Assembly (NCBI RefSeq): GCF_006345805.1 | Contig: NC_043016.1 | Coordinates: forward strand, 24,180,001-24,244,000 | Length of the DNA: 64,000 nucleotides | Direction of reading: 5' to 3' | From: Octopus sinensis | Taxonomy: Eukaryota | In this document: positions 14,270-27,779 of the stretch, in pieces | How positions within the stretch are numbered: the first letter of the stretch is position 1 | Layout of the letters: each line of letters opens with the position of its first letter | Notes under the pieces: generated by a model | Seen by the model: the letters and a program-made list of their open reading frames with translations, nothing else | Databases searched by the model: none | Told to the model about the DNA's origin: nothing | Translations under genes and position numbers: made by a program

Positions 14270-14830
14270 TCTATCATCTCATCCATCAGACACAGGTCAG
14301 CCTTCACCTCTCTGTCCCATGTCTTCTTGAGTCTCACTTCCACAAGTTCCATCGACATTAACCTTTTACCATTAAAACTGGCCGTATTTGGCCCTAATAT
14401 TCAACCTGTTTTACATTCAAACCAGTCTGATCTAGCATCTTACACCTTGCCTACAATGCCATTCTAAAAATAAATAATATCATCATCAAGATTTTGAAGC
14501 TACAAGATATTACATGATTAATTCAAGACATTGTAAATAGATAAGTCCTTCATTTGTTATAACAATCTGAATTCTAAAGGGTTAAGTGGTCAGTACATTT
14601 TTATTCAGTTATCTTCATTCATGTGTATCGCATGTCCATACCAGCACAGTCTTCTTTTGTGTACACAACATCTACAGTTTCTTGTGCACTACATATACCC
14701 AGTTTTTTTCTCTCAGCCCATTTATACTATGTCATTCATGTGATCTTACACTGCACATCCAGAGCATGACCATGTCATTTCTTTCCTTCCGGTCATCTCA
14801 AGTCCTCTGCATTCAATGTCCATGTCTCAC
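14270..14830 (-). mobile_element. Old RTE LINE 3' remnant interrupted by a piggyBac-like MITE (14362-14581)
   Basis: Reverse RTE C-terminal similarity on both sides of a TTAA-flanked CCTTT...AAAGGG insert. Confidence 0.6.
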
Positions 14831-15689
14831 TACCATAGAGCATCTCAGTTCCAACACAATGTGTGTGTGTGTGTGTGTGTTGTGTAAGTGTGTGTGTGTG
14901 TGTGTGTGTGTGTGTAAGTGTGTGTGTGTAAGTGTGTGTGTGTGTGTGTATATGTGAGTGTGTGTGTATATATGTATGAATATATACATATATTTATGCA
15001 TATATATATATATATATATACATATATATATACATATATATGTATATATAAATATAAATATATTTTTCATTTAACGTCCGTTTTCCATACATGTCTGTAT
15101 CCCTGTATATATATATATATATATGTGCATGTATGTATATATATATATGTGTGTATGTATATACATATATATAACTATATACATATGCATGTGTGTATGT
15201 ATATATGTTGGTCAGTTTCTTTATTTATCTGTTGATAGATAGACAGACAAATGTATGTGTTAGCCTGTAATTAACATCAAGTGGAAACCATCAAGCCTCA
15301 ATTGATGTCAAATAGACTTTGAAGATTATTGCGCATGTAAGTGTGAGTGTGTGGGCATGTGTGCATACGTTTGTGTGTATGACATAATGTAACCATACAC
15401 ATGAACACTCTCATATATATCTTTGGGAACAGTTTTATTGTCAGTTTTGTACATACACATACAAAACATTTGGCTTATTTTATACATGTTAATTGGTGTC
15501 AATATTTAGTGAAGAAGCTTTCAGCCTTTGAGTACAACATCTGTAGTGTTGTAATAGTATTAAATACACCTTGCCCATTCTAATACATTCATTGATGAGA
15601 GAAAGAATTTGATGCCATAAACACTTCTGTAACCATATTTTTCATGAAATGGATTGGGTGTGTGGTAAAGATGCTATGGAGGACATGCA

Positions 15690-16430
15690 TGACTGCTTAC
15701 CTATATAAGGGTTTTGGGGAGCAACTGCAAAGAATATAAAGATGGTAATAATGGGGTTCCTGAACGAATTCTCAAGGTAATAGAAGATGGGCACAAGCAG
15801 GGATGCAGACAGTAGATCAGATGGGATGGTTTCAGAAGAGTGTGAGGGGAGAATAACAGATGATTAGAGATGGGAGTAGAGGTGAATGTAGCAAGTGATG
15901 AGGAAGATGTGGTTGAGGGGAAACACCAGTATGAAGAGTGGGTGAGAGAGATAGAAGTGGCTCAAGAAAGAGTATTAGAAAGTAGGGGAATGATGTGCAA
16001 GGTGTAGGGGTGATGAGGAGGGAGATGTAGGGTACATGAGTGTGGCTATAGTGAGTGGGGCATGATGGTGGTTATAAGAGAGTGCAGGGAAAAAAGAGAG
16101 CAGATGTGAGATATTAGAATGGAGTATGACAGAGAAAAAGAGAGCCATGGCTGAAAGCACAGAAAGGAGGTGATTGATGTAAATAGTGTGGGAAGGGATG
16201 GTAATAAGAATGAGAGATGGAAGTGGTTCCAGTGGGGAGAGGAAGGCTGTAACTGACAGTTCCAAGGATGGGGATATGTAATATGTGTTGATCTGCTCTT
16301 GAGTGATTACAGTAGCCAAGTAGTGCCATAGACAGAAGAGTGATGAAGGGATGGATAACAGGAGAATGAAATGTTGAGAATGCTTGATGGGGTAGAATGT
16401 GTTTAATGGTAGGATCTATTACATACATGA
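15690..16430 (-). mobile_element. Penelope-like element, degenerate RT-thumb to GIY-YIG region
   Basis: Minus frames give HQSPPFCAFSHGSL and PSHLIYCLHPCLCPSSI, resembling the PLE PP.SAFRR..SL and VIY.I.C..C..LYIG motifs. Confidence 0.5.
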
Positions 16431-16529
16431 ATATACAAAATGCTCTTGGGCTCTCATTTGGGCTGTAATGAATGGGTCCTCTCCAGCATAGTGAATTGCC
16501 AATCATATCAATCTTTTGTCACTTCCTCC

Positions 16530-16900
16530 ATTAGGTGCAAAATCATGCAGTCAGCCTTCACTTCTTCATTCTATGTCTCTCTGGGTCTCCCTCATCTGCA
16601 AATTCATTTTGAGCAATTGGCACTTCTTTATGCAGCTGTCTTTATATATACACATCACATGACCAAACCAGTGCAGTCTTCATTCTTTCTCACTATATTT
16701 GATTTCTCTTATTGCCTAATTTTCCTCACAATTTCTTTGCACTTTGTCATGCATGCACATTGATATTGTACATCCAGCGGAGCATACTAGCTTCATTCCT
16801 TTCTACTTTCCACATGTTCTCTGCACTCATAGTCCCATGTCTCACTACCATGTAGCATTGCTGTTTGCACACAAATATCATTCAATTTACCTTTCACTCT
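16530..16900 (-). mobile_element. Old RTE LINE C-terminal remnant
   Basis: Similar to the RTE copies at 35880 and 63400 (GAATGAAGCTAGTATGCTCCGCTGGATGTAC segment). Confidence 0.6.
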
Positions 16901-17142
16901 CAGGGACCCTTTTTCAATCCACAGAAGTAATAACTCTCAGAAATTTTCCCCATCCTATTTTTATTCTAGCAGCTATATTGTCAGAATATCTGCCCCCACT
17001 GCTAAGTGGGTCACCTTGGGAACAGAAACTATCTACTACCTCTTGGGATCCTCCAGAACATTCAAGAAAATATATTAGCTATAAATATGTATATATCAAT
17101 GTCAACACATATATATATAAGGATATGATATATGTGTGTGTG

Positions 17143-17198
<56 letters not shown>

Positions 17199-18369
17199 AC
17201 ATTATACCTTACATAAAAGTATTAGCAATATGATACTATGTTACACCATGCACCTACATCATTTATTGAATAAATAAAAATACGACTTTGTCTCAGTAGT
17301 AGACTTATAGGTCATTGTCTTCATGAGTAAGTTATTCCCACTCCACCTACCACCACCACCCCCAACCCTCTCAGACATAATCAAACCATTGTTATCATAC
17401 AAATCTAGAAGAAGTTACAACATTGTGGAAAAGGTACATGTACGTGTGTGTGTGTGTGTGTGTGCATGTGTGTGTGCGTGTGTGCATGTGTGTGTGTGCA
17501 CGAAATGTGTGTGTGTGTGTGTGTGTGTGTGTTTTAGTGATACCTTAAATGTACGTGCTAGGAATTAAGTTCAGCAGAAATATATTTACAAAACTTTAAT
17601 TTCAATTTGCCTTGTTTTGTTTCTCTTTGAAAATTTATATGCAATTTTAGATTACATGTTATGTAACAGTTTCATGCAGATGGCAAATACATTTCATAGA
17701 GACTCAAATACAGAGAGAGAGATACATATATATATATATATAGAGAGAGAGAGAGCTAGAGAGAGAGAAGGGAAGGGAGGGCACAGAGAGATTCATAAGA
17801 AAATATAGTTGTAACATTATCATTTAGTGACACTTAAATGCCTGAAATAATTATGCTGGGGCCCCAAAAGAAGATGATACTGTTATTGTTTTAGAACTAA
17901 AGAAAAGCTACAAATAGGGATTGCAAAAAACGAAAAAGAAAGAGAGAAAAAAAAAGAAAGTTTAATTAAAGCAATAAGATAGGTAAATGATTATTAGAAG
18001 GTTTCCAAGTTAATTGGGGGGGAAATTTCAATTTTCTACTGATAAATGTCAGACTGTTAGTCAGAAGAAACTTAACAGGGATAAAAGGATTAACAGACAA
18101 TTTCTAGTGGGACAGACAAATGAAAATAGATGTGAGACATAAAACGAAGGATTGATCTTGTTCAAGAAAAGTAATGGTGGTGGTTGTGATGATGATGGTG
18201 GTGATGTTTATGATGCTGATGTTGTGTTGGAGATTGTGGTGATGGTGGTGTTGTTGGCAATGGAAGTGTTTGAGGTGGTGATGGTAATGGTAGTGTATTA
18301 TTTAATCTCTTATGTAAGTCTTGTTATTTTCATTTGAAACAAATTGGTGAGTGCATGAATTATTATACA

Positions 18370-18837
18370 AAGTACCTTGGATCGCAGGACAGCCTGCTGT
18401 GCTTACCTTGGATCGCAGGGTGACCTGCTGTGCTTGAGGAGACCTATTGAGTCAAGTACATCAACATCAAACTAAAAATCAAATGGGAATTGTAGTTGTG
18501 ATACCCGTGCCAGTGGCACATAAAAAGCACCATTCAAACATGGCCGATCCCAGCGCTGCCTTGACTGGCTTTCATGCCGGTGGCACGTAAAAAGCACCAA
18601 GGGATCATGGCCATTGCCAGCTTCCCCTGGCACCTGTGCCAGTGGCACGTAAAAAGCACCCACTACACTCATGGAGTGGTTGGCGTTAGAAAACAGCATC
18701 CAGCTGTAGAAACACTGCCAGATCAGACTGGAGCCTGGTGCAGCCTCCTGGCTTCCTAGACCCTGGTCGAACCGTCCAAATCATGCTAGCATGGAAAACG
18801 GACGTTAGACGATGATGATGATGAGGATGATGATGAT
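18370..18837 (+). mobile_element. RTE 3'UTR and tail with GTGCC..TGGCAC tandem units and (GAT)n end
   Basis: Same tail as the RTE copies at 35880-36695 and 62780-64000. Confidence 0.85.
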
Positions 18838-19397
18838 TCATTTATTTTTGTTGACATTTTGTATTGGTGAAATCAATTAGACCTGTGTTTCTCAAAGTGA
18901 CAAATACCAACTCCTCTGTTGCACAGCCATATCCAAATGAATGAGTGAAAGTTTCACAGCCTCCTCACCCTTTTTCTTAACAATAAGAAATGACAGATTT
19001 TTTTATCCATATAATTCTTTATTTTCCATTGTCATGTTGAGGAAATTTTAAATGTTTAGAAAATCTTTTAATCCTATTAAACACAACCATTTGTCTGCCC
19101 TCCTTTTCAATCCTCACAGACCCACCACCACCACCACCACCACTGCCAATGACAAACATTGTACCAAATATATATACATAATTATTAAAATAATGACTAG
19201 AATTTATATTACTATTTTAATACTATAGTTACAAATGTTTCATTATAACATGGGAGATACATTTTATAAATAAATATATTAGTAATAATATAAATATGAT
19301 AAAAACATAATACATGCATACATTCAAATCTTTTCTCATGTGTAAGTCTTCAGACTATCTGAAGATTTACACAGCTTGGATTATCATCTCTTATATA

Positions 19398-20638
19398 TTG
19401 GGTCATCCCATAAATAATGCAGGGGTTTTTGTAATTGCATGAACTAAAAGTCAGAGGGCAAAGGAATAAACTACTAGCATCAACTTGCTATAAAAGCAGG
19501 TAGTAATTTTATCCTGATCTTATTCTTAGTGCAACTTTTGAAGAGTGCAGTTCAATTTTAATAGTTATTTTTGCAATGTTATTATGGAAGTGGCAAAGGA
19601 GCATATTTGGCATATTTTGCTTTGTGAGTTCAATAAAGTCAACAACGCAACAGAAAGTGTGAGGAATATTAATGCAGTATATGGGGATTGGACAATAAGT
19701 GTAAACCAGTGTCAATGGTGATTCCAGAAAATCCAAGCCACACACTACAGCTTAGAAAGCAAGCCGCATCCTGGAAGATTTGTAGAGTTCAACGAGGACA
19801 TTCTGCAAACTCTGGTGGAATGAAATCCCATTATAACTGTTGAGGAACTAGCAGAGAAGCTTGAATTTGGTCATTCAACCTTTCATCGACACCTGTGTAC
19901 CATCGGAAAAGTCAGCAAATTGAGTTCCTCACAAATTTTTCAAGTCTAATTGCTTGCAGAGAGTGAATGTGTGCTCTTCTTTGCTGTCATGTGTCATGAA
20001 TGAACCTTTTTTGGACCGAAAAGTGACTGGTGACGAGAAATGGGTCCTCCATAAAAATGTCAAGCACTGAAGACAGTGGGTAGGAAAAGGAGAAACACTG
20101 GCACCCCAGTCTAAAGAAGGTCTTCACCCACATAAGGTGTTGTTATCTGTTTGGTGGGATATGAAAGATTTAGTCCAATTTGAACTTTTAAACCCAAGCC
20201 AAACAATAACAAAGAAGATTTACTGTGAGCAACTCAAGCAGCGCTAGAAGAAAAATGACCATCTTTGATTTTAAGACAAAAGGTGCTCTTCCACAGGCTC
20301 GGACATATACAGCAAGGCTGACATTACAAAGGCTGGAGCAGTTTGAATGGGAAACGATGCTCCACCCACCATATTCGCCGGATATTGTCTCATCTGGTTA
20401 TCATATATTCCGCAGGAAAAAATATGAATTCTTTAGATGAGATCAGAACAATAGTGGAGGAGTATTTTTCATCATGGACAAGTGAATTTTGGAAGAGGGG
20501 CCTTACAAGACTACCAGATAGATGGAAGAGCATTGTAGAAATGAAGGAGAGTATATTTTAGATCAAAAAAAGGACTTTATCTTAATTTTGAAAAATAAAA
20601 GAAGTATAACAAAATACATTACTTATGGGATGATCCAA
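19398..20638 (+). mobile_element. Near full-length mariner element (1241 bp), transposase disrupted
   Basis: TA-flanked TIRs TTGGGTCATCCCATAAATAATG / CATTACTTATGGGATGATCCAA; VTGDEKWVLH and HPPYSPDI motifs, with stops and frameshifts. Confidence 0.92.
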
Positions 20639-21423
20639 TACATACATACACATACATACATATATATTAAGGAAAAAGGAGGCAGTCATATACAGTATCT
20701 GTACACCACTTCAAAAACTACATACACACATATATATATATGTATATGTGTGTAGTATTTTTCATCTGTAGAATTCATGGTAGATAGAGCTATCACTAAC
20801 AACATGTACCTATTGAGTTAAAAATTCCTTTAGATAGATAAAGCTAAAAGACTGCAATGACATAAACAAAATATAGTCATCATAATGCCTTGTGGTTACC
20901 TGAGGAGTTGTATTCTAAAAACAAAAAAAAGACAAAGAAAAGTCAGGTAAAAGCCCTTATCTTTTGAATTTTGAGAGGAGACCACATCTTCCTGGGGCCC
21001 AAAAGCAATCATCTTCAGATTTTTCTTGGAGACCATGGCATGTTTCAGTATAATATTTATATATACTACGTTACATCAGTGAAGGTTTGTGATGTAGTTG
21101 AGGCCAGGAACATATGGTCATGTGTTCACTTCACAGGCAGGGTAGCATGTTGTGTCCTTGAACAAAGAACTTCATCTTAATGTTGTTCTGGTTGTCTCAG
21201 CTGAAATTTAGTGACATCCAGCTGCCTCCCTTTTCTCCTGTTGTCAGATTCTTGATGTCCCACTGAGTTGAGGATGTGTCAAGAGGCTGTCTATATCTGC
21301 TCACAAATATTTAGGCACTTCAGACAAATCAAAATTGGTTCATTTTTGAATTGCCTGAAAAAGCAGCTGCATGACATGGAATTCTAGAGTAACAGCCCAT
21401 GGGACTACTCTAAATAAACCATA

Positions 21424-21457
<34 letters not shown>

Positions 21458-21911
21458 CGCGTGCGCATGTGACATAATCAGAAAGAAAGAGAAAAGTATC
21501 ATTCTGAGTACAGAATTGGTACTGTATTGATTCCAATTTGCCTTGTTTTGTTTCTCTTTGAAAATTTATATGCAATTTTTAGATTACATGTTATGTAACA
21601 GTTTCATGCAGATGGCAAATACATTTCATAGAGACTCAAATACAGAGAGAGTGATGCATATATATATAGAGAGAGAGTGGGGGCAGAGAGATTCATATAA
21701 AAATATGGTTGTAACATTATCATTTAGTGACACTTAAACGCCTGAAATAATTATGCTGTGGCCTCGAAAGGAGATGAAACTGTAATTGTTTTAGAACCAA
21801 AGAAAAGCTACAAATAGGGATTGCAAAAAACGAAAAAGAGAGAAAAAAAAAAGAAAGTTTAATTAAAGCAATAAGATAGGTAAAAGATAAAAGATAAAGA
21901 TATACATAGTT

Positions 21912-21942
<31 letters not shown>

Positions 21943-22460
21943 CATGCGCGTGTGTGTGTGTGTGTGCACGCACGCGTGTGTGTGTGTACACATACATATC
22001 AATAGTCCTGGCAAGTTATAAAAGTTGGGTATTTCCAGAGAAGTACTCATCCCAAGTTCTGGGCTATGAACACTGAAATTTCAGACTAATGTCGAAATTC
22101 TTCAGGTGTAAAAAATCCTGGTTTCATGATAGCAAAACTATTGTGTGGGTTTGGTGAAGAGTAAAATATAATCCAAATAATAAAACAAATACTTTAACAG
22201 ACCTTTAATGATCAGTTACAGTTGTCTCTATACCAACTCTGCTTGCAACACCAGTTTATGCAATATTTGAAGTGACAATTTATACAAAATTTGTAATTTT
22301 AGACATTAAGTGGCACTTCATCAGATTAGCATCAAAGATGCACTTTCACATATAGTACATCTTCCAGGAAACAAAAAGTAAATAAAAGTTTGATTAGTAG
22401 ATGATAATTAGTATAGAAATCATGTGGGAAATATGAAGAGGAAGAAGACTATAAAGATCT

Positions 22461-22492
<32 letters not shown>

Positions 22493-22677
22493 TGTATGTA
22501 TGCATGTATGTACGTATGTTTGCATGTATGTATGTATGTATGTGTATATACACTTACATACATATATAATCATAGTGTATATGCATTGTTATCATTCAAT
22601 GTCTATCTTCCATACTGGCATTGGCTAGATAGTACATTCTAGTAGGGTATATTTACAGATATTCAACAATGCATATG

Positions 22678-22728
<51 letters not shown>

Positions 22729-22800
22729 TCAACTTCTATTGAAAGTCAACAAAGTTTGCTTTGGAAGCATTGAGATGTATTGAAAGATACAGATAAGGAT

Positions 22801-23073
22801 ATAATTTTGTTCTCAAACGCAGGATAATGCTAATAATATAGCATGAACAGGATAAACTATCCATATTTTGCAGAAAAATCTGTCAGCAGCCAGCCATGAG
22901 ACTCAAATTCACATCCCTGTGATTACACATCAAGTGCTTTACCGTTTGTAATGACAAGGACATGAGTCTGAGTCTCGTGGCTGGCCGCCAACAGATTTTT
23001 CTGTAAAATATGGATAGTTTAACCTGTTCATGCTATATTATTAGCATTATCCTGCGTTTGAGAATAAGATTAT
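22801..23073. mobile_element. Fold-back element, 105-bp inverted arms, tRNA-like core
   Basis: Arms 22801-22905 and 22969-23073 are near-perfect reverse complements. Confidence 0.8.
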
Positions 23074-23283
23074 TTACTTCTGTGTGTATGTGTGTATGTG
23101 TGTGTGTGTGTGTATACATCACTCTTTATGTTCCCGTCTAATTTGTATGATGCTAGTTACAAAGATGATTGTTCCAGTTGATGCAATCAACATAACAGCT
23201 TGCTTGTGAAATTAATTTACAAGTGGCTGACCACTCCACCGATATGCAAACCCTTAACCATTTAGCATTTAAACTAGCCATGT

Positions 23284-23518
23284 CTTATTTCTTTATTGCC
23301 CACAAGGAGCTAAACACAGAGGGGACAAACAAGGACAGACATAGGTATTAAGTCGATTAGATTGACCCCAGTGCGTAACTGATACTTAATTTATCGACCC
23401 CGAAAGGATGAAAGGCAAAGTGGACCTCGGCATAATTTGAACTCAAAACGTAACGGCAGACGAAATACCGCTAAGCATTTTGCCCAGCATGCTTACGTTT
23501 CTGCCAGCTCGCTGCCTT
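23284..23518 (-). mobile_element. tRNA-derived SINE (same family as 6642-6877)
   Basis: Reverse complement of the 6642 element. Confidence 0.85.
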
Positions 23519-23984
23519 CAAAGTCTGGGGAGTTAGGTGGTCATATTTGGGCTAAGTTATTAAATCATTTAAACAAGCCATATCTGGTTCAAATTTCTAC
23601 ATGTTTTATATTCAAACTGGCCATATCTAGCCTCTCACACCTAACCTACACTGACATTCTAAAAATAACCAATCACATAATTGAAACCTCAAAACTATAA
23701 GGGAATGTATGATTAATTAAAAAAAAATATAAATTGCTTTTGACATAGTAATCTGAATGCTAAAGAGTTACCATATTTTTCAGGGAGATTCGTTGTGACA
23801 CTGAATGTGACAAAGCTGGCCCTTTGAAATACAGATACAATTCATTTTTGCCAGCTGACTGGACTGGAGTAATGTGAAATAAAGTATTTTGCTCAAGGAT
23901 GCAATGTGCTACCAAGGATCAAACTCACAACCTTATGATTGTCAGCCAAATACCTTAATCACTAAGTCATGCACTTTCACATCT

Positions 23985-24440
23985 ATCTGTCTATCTATCT
24001 CTCTGTCTGTCTGTTTATCTATCTATCTGTCTGTCTATCTATCTATCTCTCTGTCTGTCTGTTTATCTATCTATCTGTCTGTCTATCTATCTCTCTGTCT
24101 GTCTGTTTATCTATCTATCTATCTATCTGTCTGCCTGTCTGTTTATCTATCTCTCTGTTTGTCTGTTTATCTATCTATCTATCTATCTGTCTGCCTGTCT
24201 GTTTATCTATCTATCTGTCTGTTTATCTATCTATCTATCTATCAGTCTGTCTGTTTGTCTGTCTATCTGTCTGTATATCTATCTATCTATCTATCTATCT
24301 GTCTGTCTGTGTGTCTGTCTATTTGTCTGTCTGTTTATCTACCTATCAATCTTTATACAAATATACATACACACATATACCTGTGTGTGTATGAGAGAGA
24401 GAGAGAGAGTGTGTGTGTGTGTGTGTGTGTGTGTATTTAG
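23985..24440. repeat. Compound (ATCT)/(GTCT) tetranucleotide satellite followed by (GA)n(GT)n
   Basis: Direct inspection; ORFs 23889 and 23969 are artefacts. Confidence 0.95.
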
Positions 24441-25699
24441 TGTGTAATATTTTTTGTTTTAACTTCGATACACTGAAATTGGGATGAAATTATTGGTTTA
24501 CATTATAAATTTGTCATAAAATTTTTCTATTTTCCTTTTCTTTTCCATCTCTTTTTTTTTTTTTTTTTTGTATTGGCATTTGATGTACCGACGTATAAAA
24601 TAGCTTAGTGGAGACGAATTCCCCTTGTGAAAAATGTCTGGCTAATTTTAAATCAAATTGGATTATGAGAGAAATACAGGGAAGTATTCAAGGGAGATAA
24701 TTAGACATTATTAAATCATTTTCATATAGACTACGAGATTTTTTTTAAAAAAACATTTTAAAACTTATCTTTTATTTCTTCAAATAAATTTTAGTGTCTC
24801 CATTGTTATATTTAACATTTCCTGGATGGTCAGAACGAATTACAAAAAATTATTCGTTAGCAGAAACAAATTGATAGTTTCATATACATGTATGTGGCAG
24901 CAAAGCTAGTGCCCAAGATTCCCCCCCCCCCAGTGAAAGCTAAAATGTGAAATGTAATATTGAATGAAAGTTTCGTGACATAATCATTGGTACCAGGTCT
25001 GTACAAGAGAGAAGTAGAATGATTAATTAATTCCTGCTTTAACTACATTTTTTGGTGATTCATAGAAATGGAAAACTAATCAAAAGGCTAAGAATAACTG
25101 CTCAGAAATTAAAAGCTCTGTTCATTAATAAAAGGTATTTGTATCCCAGAGATTGTTGACCTTGTTGGCTTTGCCTTCTTCTCTACATCCTTACATTCTG
25201 TATAGTGTTATATACAGATTCCTGGATGAGGATTACCATTTCATAGGCACTCAGAATAAAAGACTCAAACTGTGAAATCTGCGTGTGTGTGTGGGGGGGA
25301 GTATTTATTTGTGTATGCATACACACACACACACACACACACACTATGTAGGTGGGTAAAATCCTAGGTGTCCTTCCGAAGTATATCTGCTTATCCCAGA
25401 ATTACAATCCAGAATGAAGTTAATGCAATTGTTATATGAGTTACATGTTAGGAAGGGCGTCCAGCTGTAGAAACTCTACCAGATCAGATTGGAGTCTGGT
25501 GCAACCATCTGGTGTGCCAGACCTCAGTCAAATCGTCCAACCCATGCTAGCATGAAAAGCGGACGTTAAACGATGATGATGATGATTTATTCACCATTAT
25601 ACATTTGATAATAACAATCACAAAGTTTTACATGTGGGATAAACATGTAATAAATTTTCTATTAGAAATTCTTTAGATGGAGAATCAAAAAATACAATA

Positions 25700-26561
25700 T
25701 ATATGTGGGGAATAAACTGTCGTCTAAATTACACAAAAATGAAAATAATATAGATAACTCATTTTAACAGATATATTTACCAAAATTACAAAAAAATATC
25801 TTGTAATACTAAAGAGTAAATTTATTCAATAAAATTGCCATTGGCTTCAACCACACCCTCCAGACAACTTCAGAATCTCCTGCAATTTTTCTGGATGTCT
25901 GATGGTCTCCTTGTTTAAGTTGGTGAATACTGCCATAATCCTTGCCTTCAATTCATCTTTGGTTTTAAAGGAGTTTTGTTGGTCTCTTGCTCAGCTGCAC
26001 CCTACACATAATAATCAAGGGGGTTGCAGTCTGGGGAGTTAGGTGGTCAGATGTTAGGCGTGATGTGGTCACAGAAATTGTCTGACAGCCATGACTGGAT
26101 TCTCCTGCTTGTGTGGTGTGATGCAGAGTTCTTTTGCCAGACACGGGGCTTCCAGCAGCCCCATCTTGATCCAGGGCAGCACTACCTCCTCCAGACACTT
26201 GATGTTGGCCTCCATGTTGAGTCTGGGACCATGTGGGAAAATGAATGGAGGCATAACATGACCATCACTAGTGATCACTCCAAACATAATGATGTTGACT
26301 GGATGTTTGATTTTTACCACTCTTAGTACATGTCCTCAGATTGACACCCAATGTTTGCATTGGAGCTTCTGATGTGAATGCCAAGCAGTACAGCATATCG
26401 TTTCCAAATTTCTGGCAGAGTGAATTGCATCATGGTGCTGCTTTTCTCACAGATAGTGTCCAATTGGCCCTACTATACTGTGTAGCTGACAAAATTAAGA
26501 ACAAACAATGTGCATGTGTGAAATTAATATAAAATGGCAACAATTTACCCATTGCACCCTG
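25700..26561 (-). mobile_element. maT (DD37D) Tc1/mariner element, internally deleted
   Basis: VWQKNSASH...PPNSPDCNPLDY with 37 residues between the second catalytic position (N here) and the last D; CAGGGTG terminus with TA at 26562-63. Confidence 0.8.
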
Positions 26562-27337
26562 TATATCATCATCATCATTTAATGTCCGTTGTCCATGCTG
26601 GTATGGGTTGGACAGTTTGACCAGGCTGGCATGCTGGAAGGCTGCACCAAACTCCAGTCTGATTTGGCATGGTTTTCTATGGCTGGATGCCCTTCCTAAT
26701 GCCAACCACTGAGAGAGTGTAATGAGTTCTTTTACGTGCCCCCGGCACTCATATCAATGTCCTGGTCATGTACTGATTGTGATTCTGGGACTACAATCCA
26801 TCCTGCTGCAGTGTGTTTTGTCTGCATTATATTTAGTTTTGCTTGCTGATAGTGTAAGGCTTGGAATTTTTAAGAATTGAAGTGCATATTATTGTCCTCA
26901 ACCTTCTATGGTAATGTTGAGTGTTCAGTGCAACCACACACATGCGCACACACACACACATGTGCACACACATACACATGCACACACACATACATATATA
27001 CATACATGCATGCATACTTCAGTTTACATTGTTTCAAGGAATGTCTTTTTTTTGATTTTATATTGTTAGTTTTTTTTCTTAAGAAATTAATGTAAAATAT
27101 AAACCTCAGCTTTATTAATCTAATTATCTAACCTAACATTGATCTCAGCGAACATATTTAAAGGCATAAAAAATTTTTAAACCACCTAAAAGCCAATGCT
27201 AAAGTGGAAAACCAAATAAAATACATGCGAAAATATGTACAAATAATCTCTTTAAAAAGATAAAAATCTAATAAACTTTTTTCAAATGGTCACAGTCTAA
27301 TGGCTGAAACAAATAAAAGATAAATGATAGTTACAAT

Positions 27338-27547
27338 CAAGAGATGCAGCATGGAATTTTGTCAGTGAACAGGTCGCAGTCTCAAAGCGATGAAAATATT
27401 TTGACAAATTAAATATAAATGTTGAAGTGAATCTAACGGTTTTTTCTGTGTTTCTTAAATGGCTTATAAACACCTTCGATGCTGCAATTGTTTTCGTTCC
27501 AGCACACGATCTCAGATCAGGTCACTTGCTATGCAAGTACATCTCCA
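27338..27547. mobile_element. 210-bp non-autonomous insertion with 12-bp target-site duplication, carrying a hammerhead-like motif
   Basis: GATAGTTACAAT at 27326-27337 and 27548-27559; short inverted ends GAGATG / CATCTC. Confidence 0.8.
27358..27408 (+). ncRNA. Variant minimal type I hammerhead ribozyme (G3/C8 core)
   Basis: Stem I TTTGTCA/TGACAAA; core GTGAACA; stem II GTCGC/GCGAT; GAAA; palindromic stem III AATATT; UUU cleavage triplet. Confidence 0.6.
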
Positions 27548-27779
27548 GATAGTTACAATGTTTACATTAATTTACATGGCTTTTGGGACTAAAAGTTCCA
27601 GCATTCCACCATGAGGTAGCATTGTAATTTGTACAAGGAAATTTAAATGAGTGTTTATTGTGTAAAAGGTTTTCACTTTTTTTTTCCATTCGTCATACTA
27701 CCAAGAAAGTTCTTACAACTAAATCTAATCCTGGTGGGCCAAAGTCCATGGTATTTCTTTGGAGGATAAGTTGATGATG

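Noticed and set aside
25195-25278. 84-nt minus-strand exon candidate (ISQFESFILSAYEMVILIQESVYNTIQN)
   Set aside because: No recognisable homology; acceptor formed by a CA repeat
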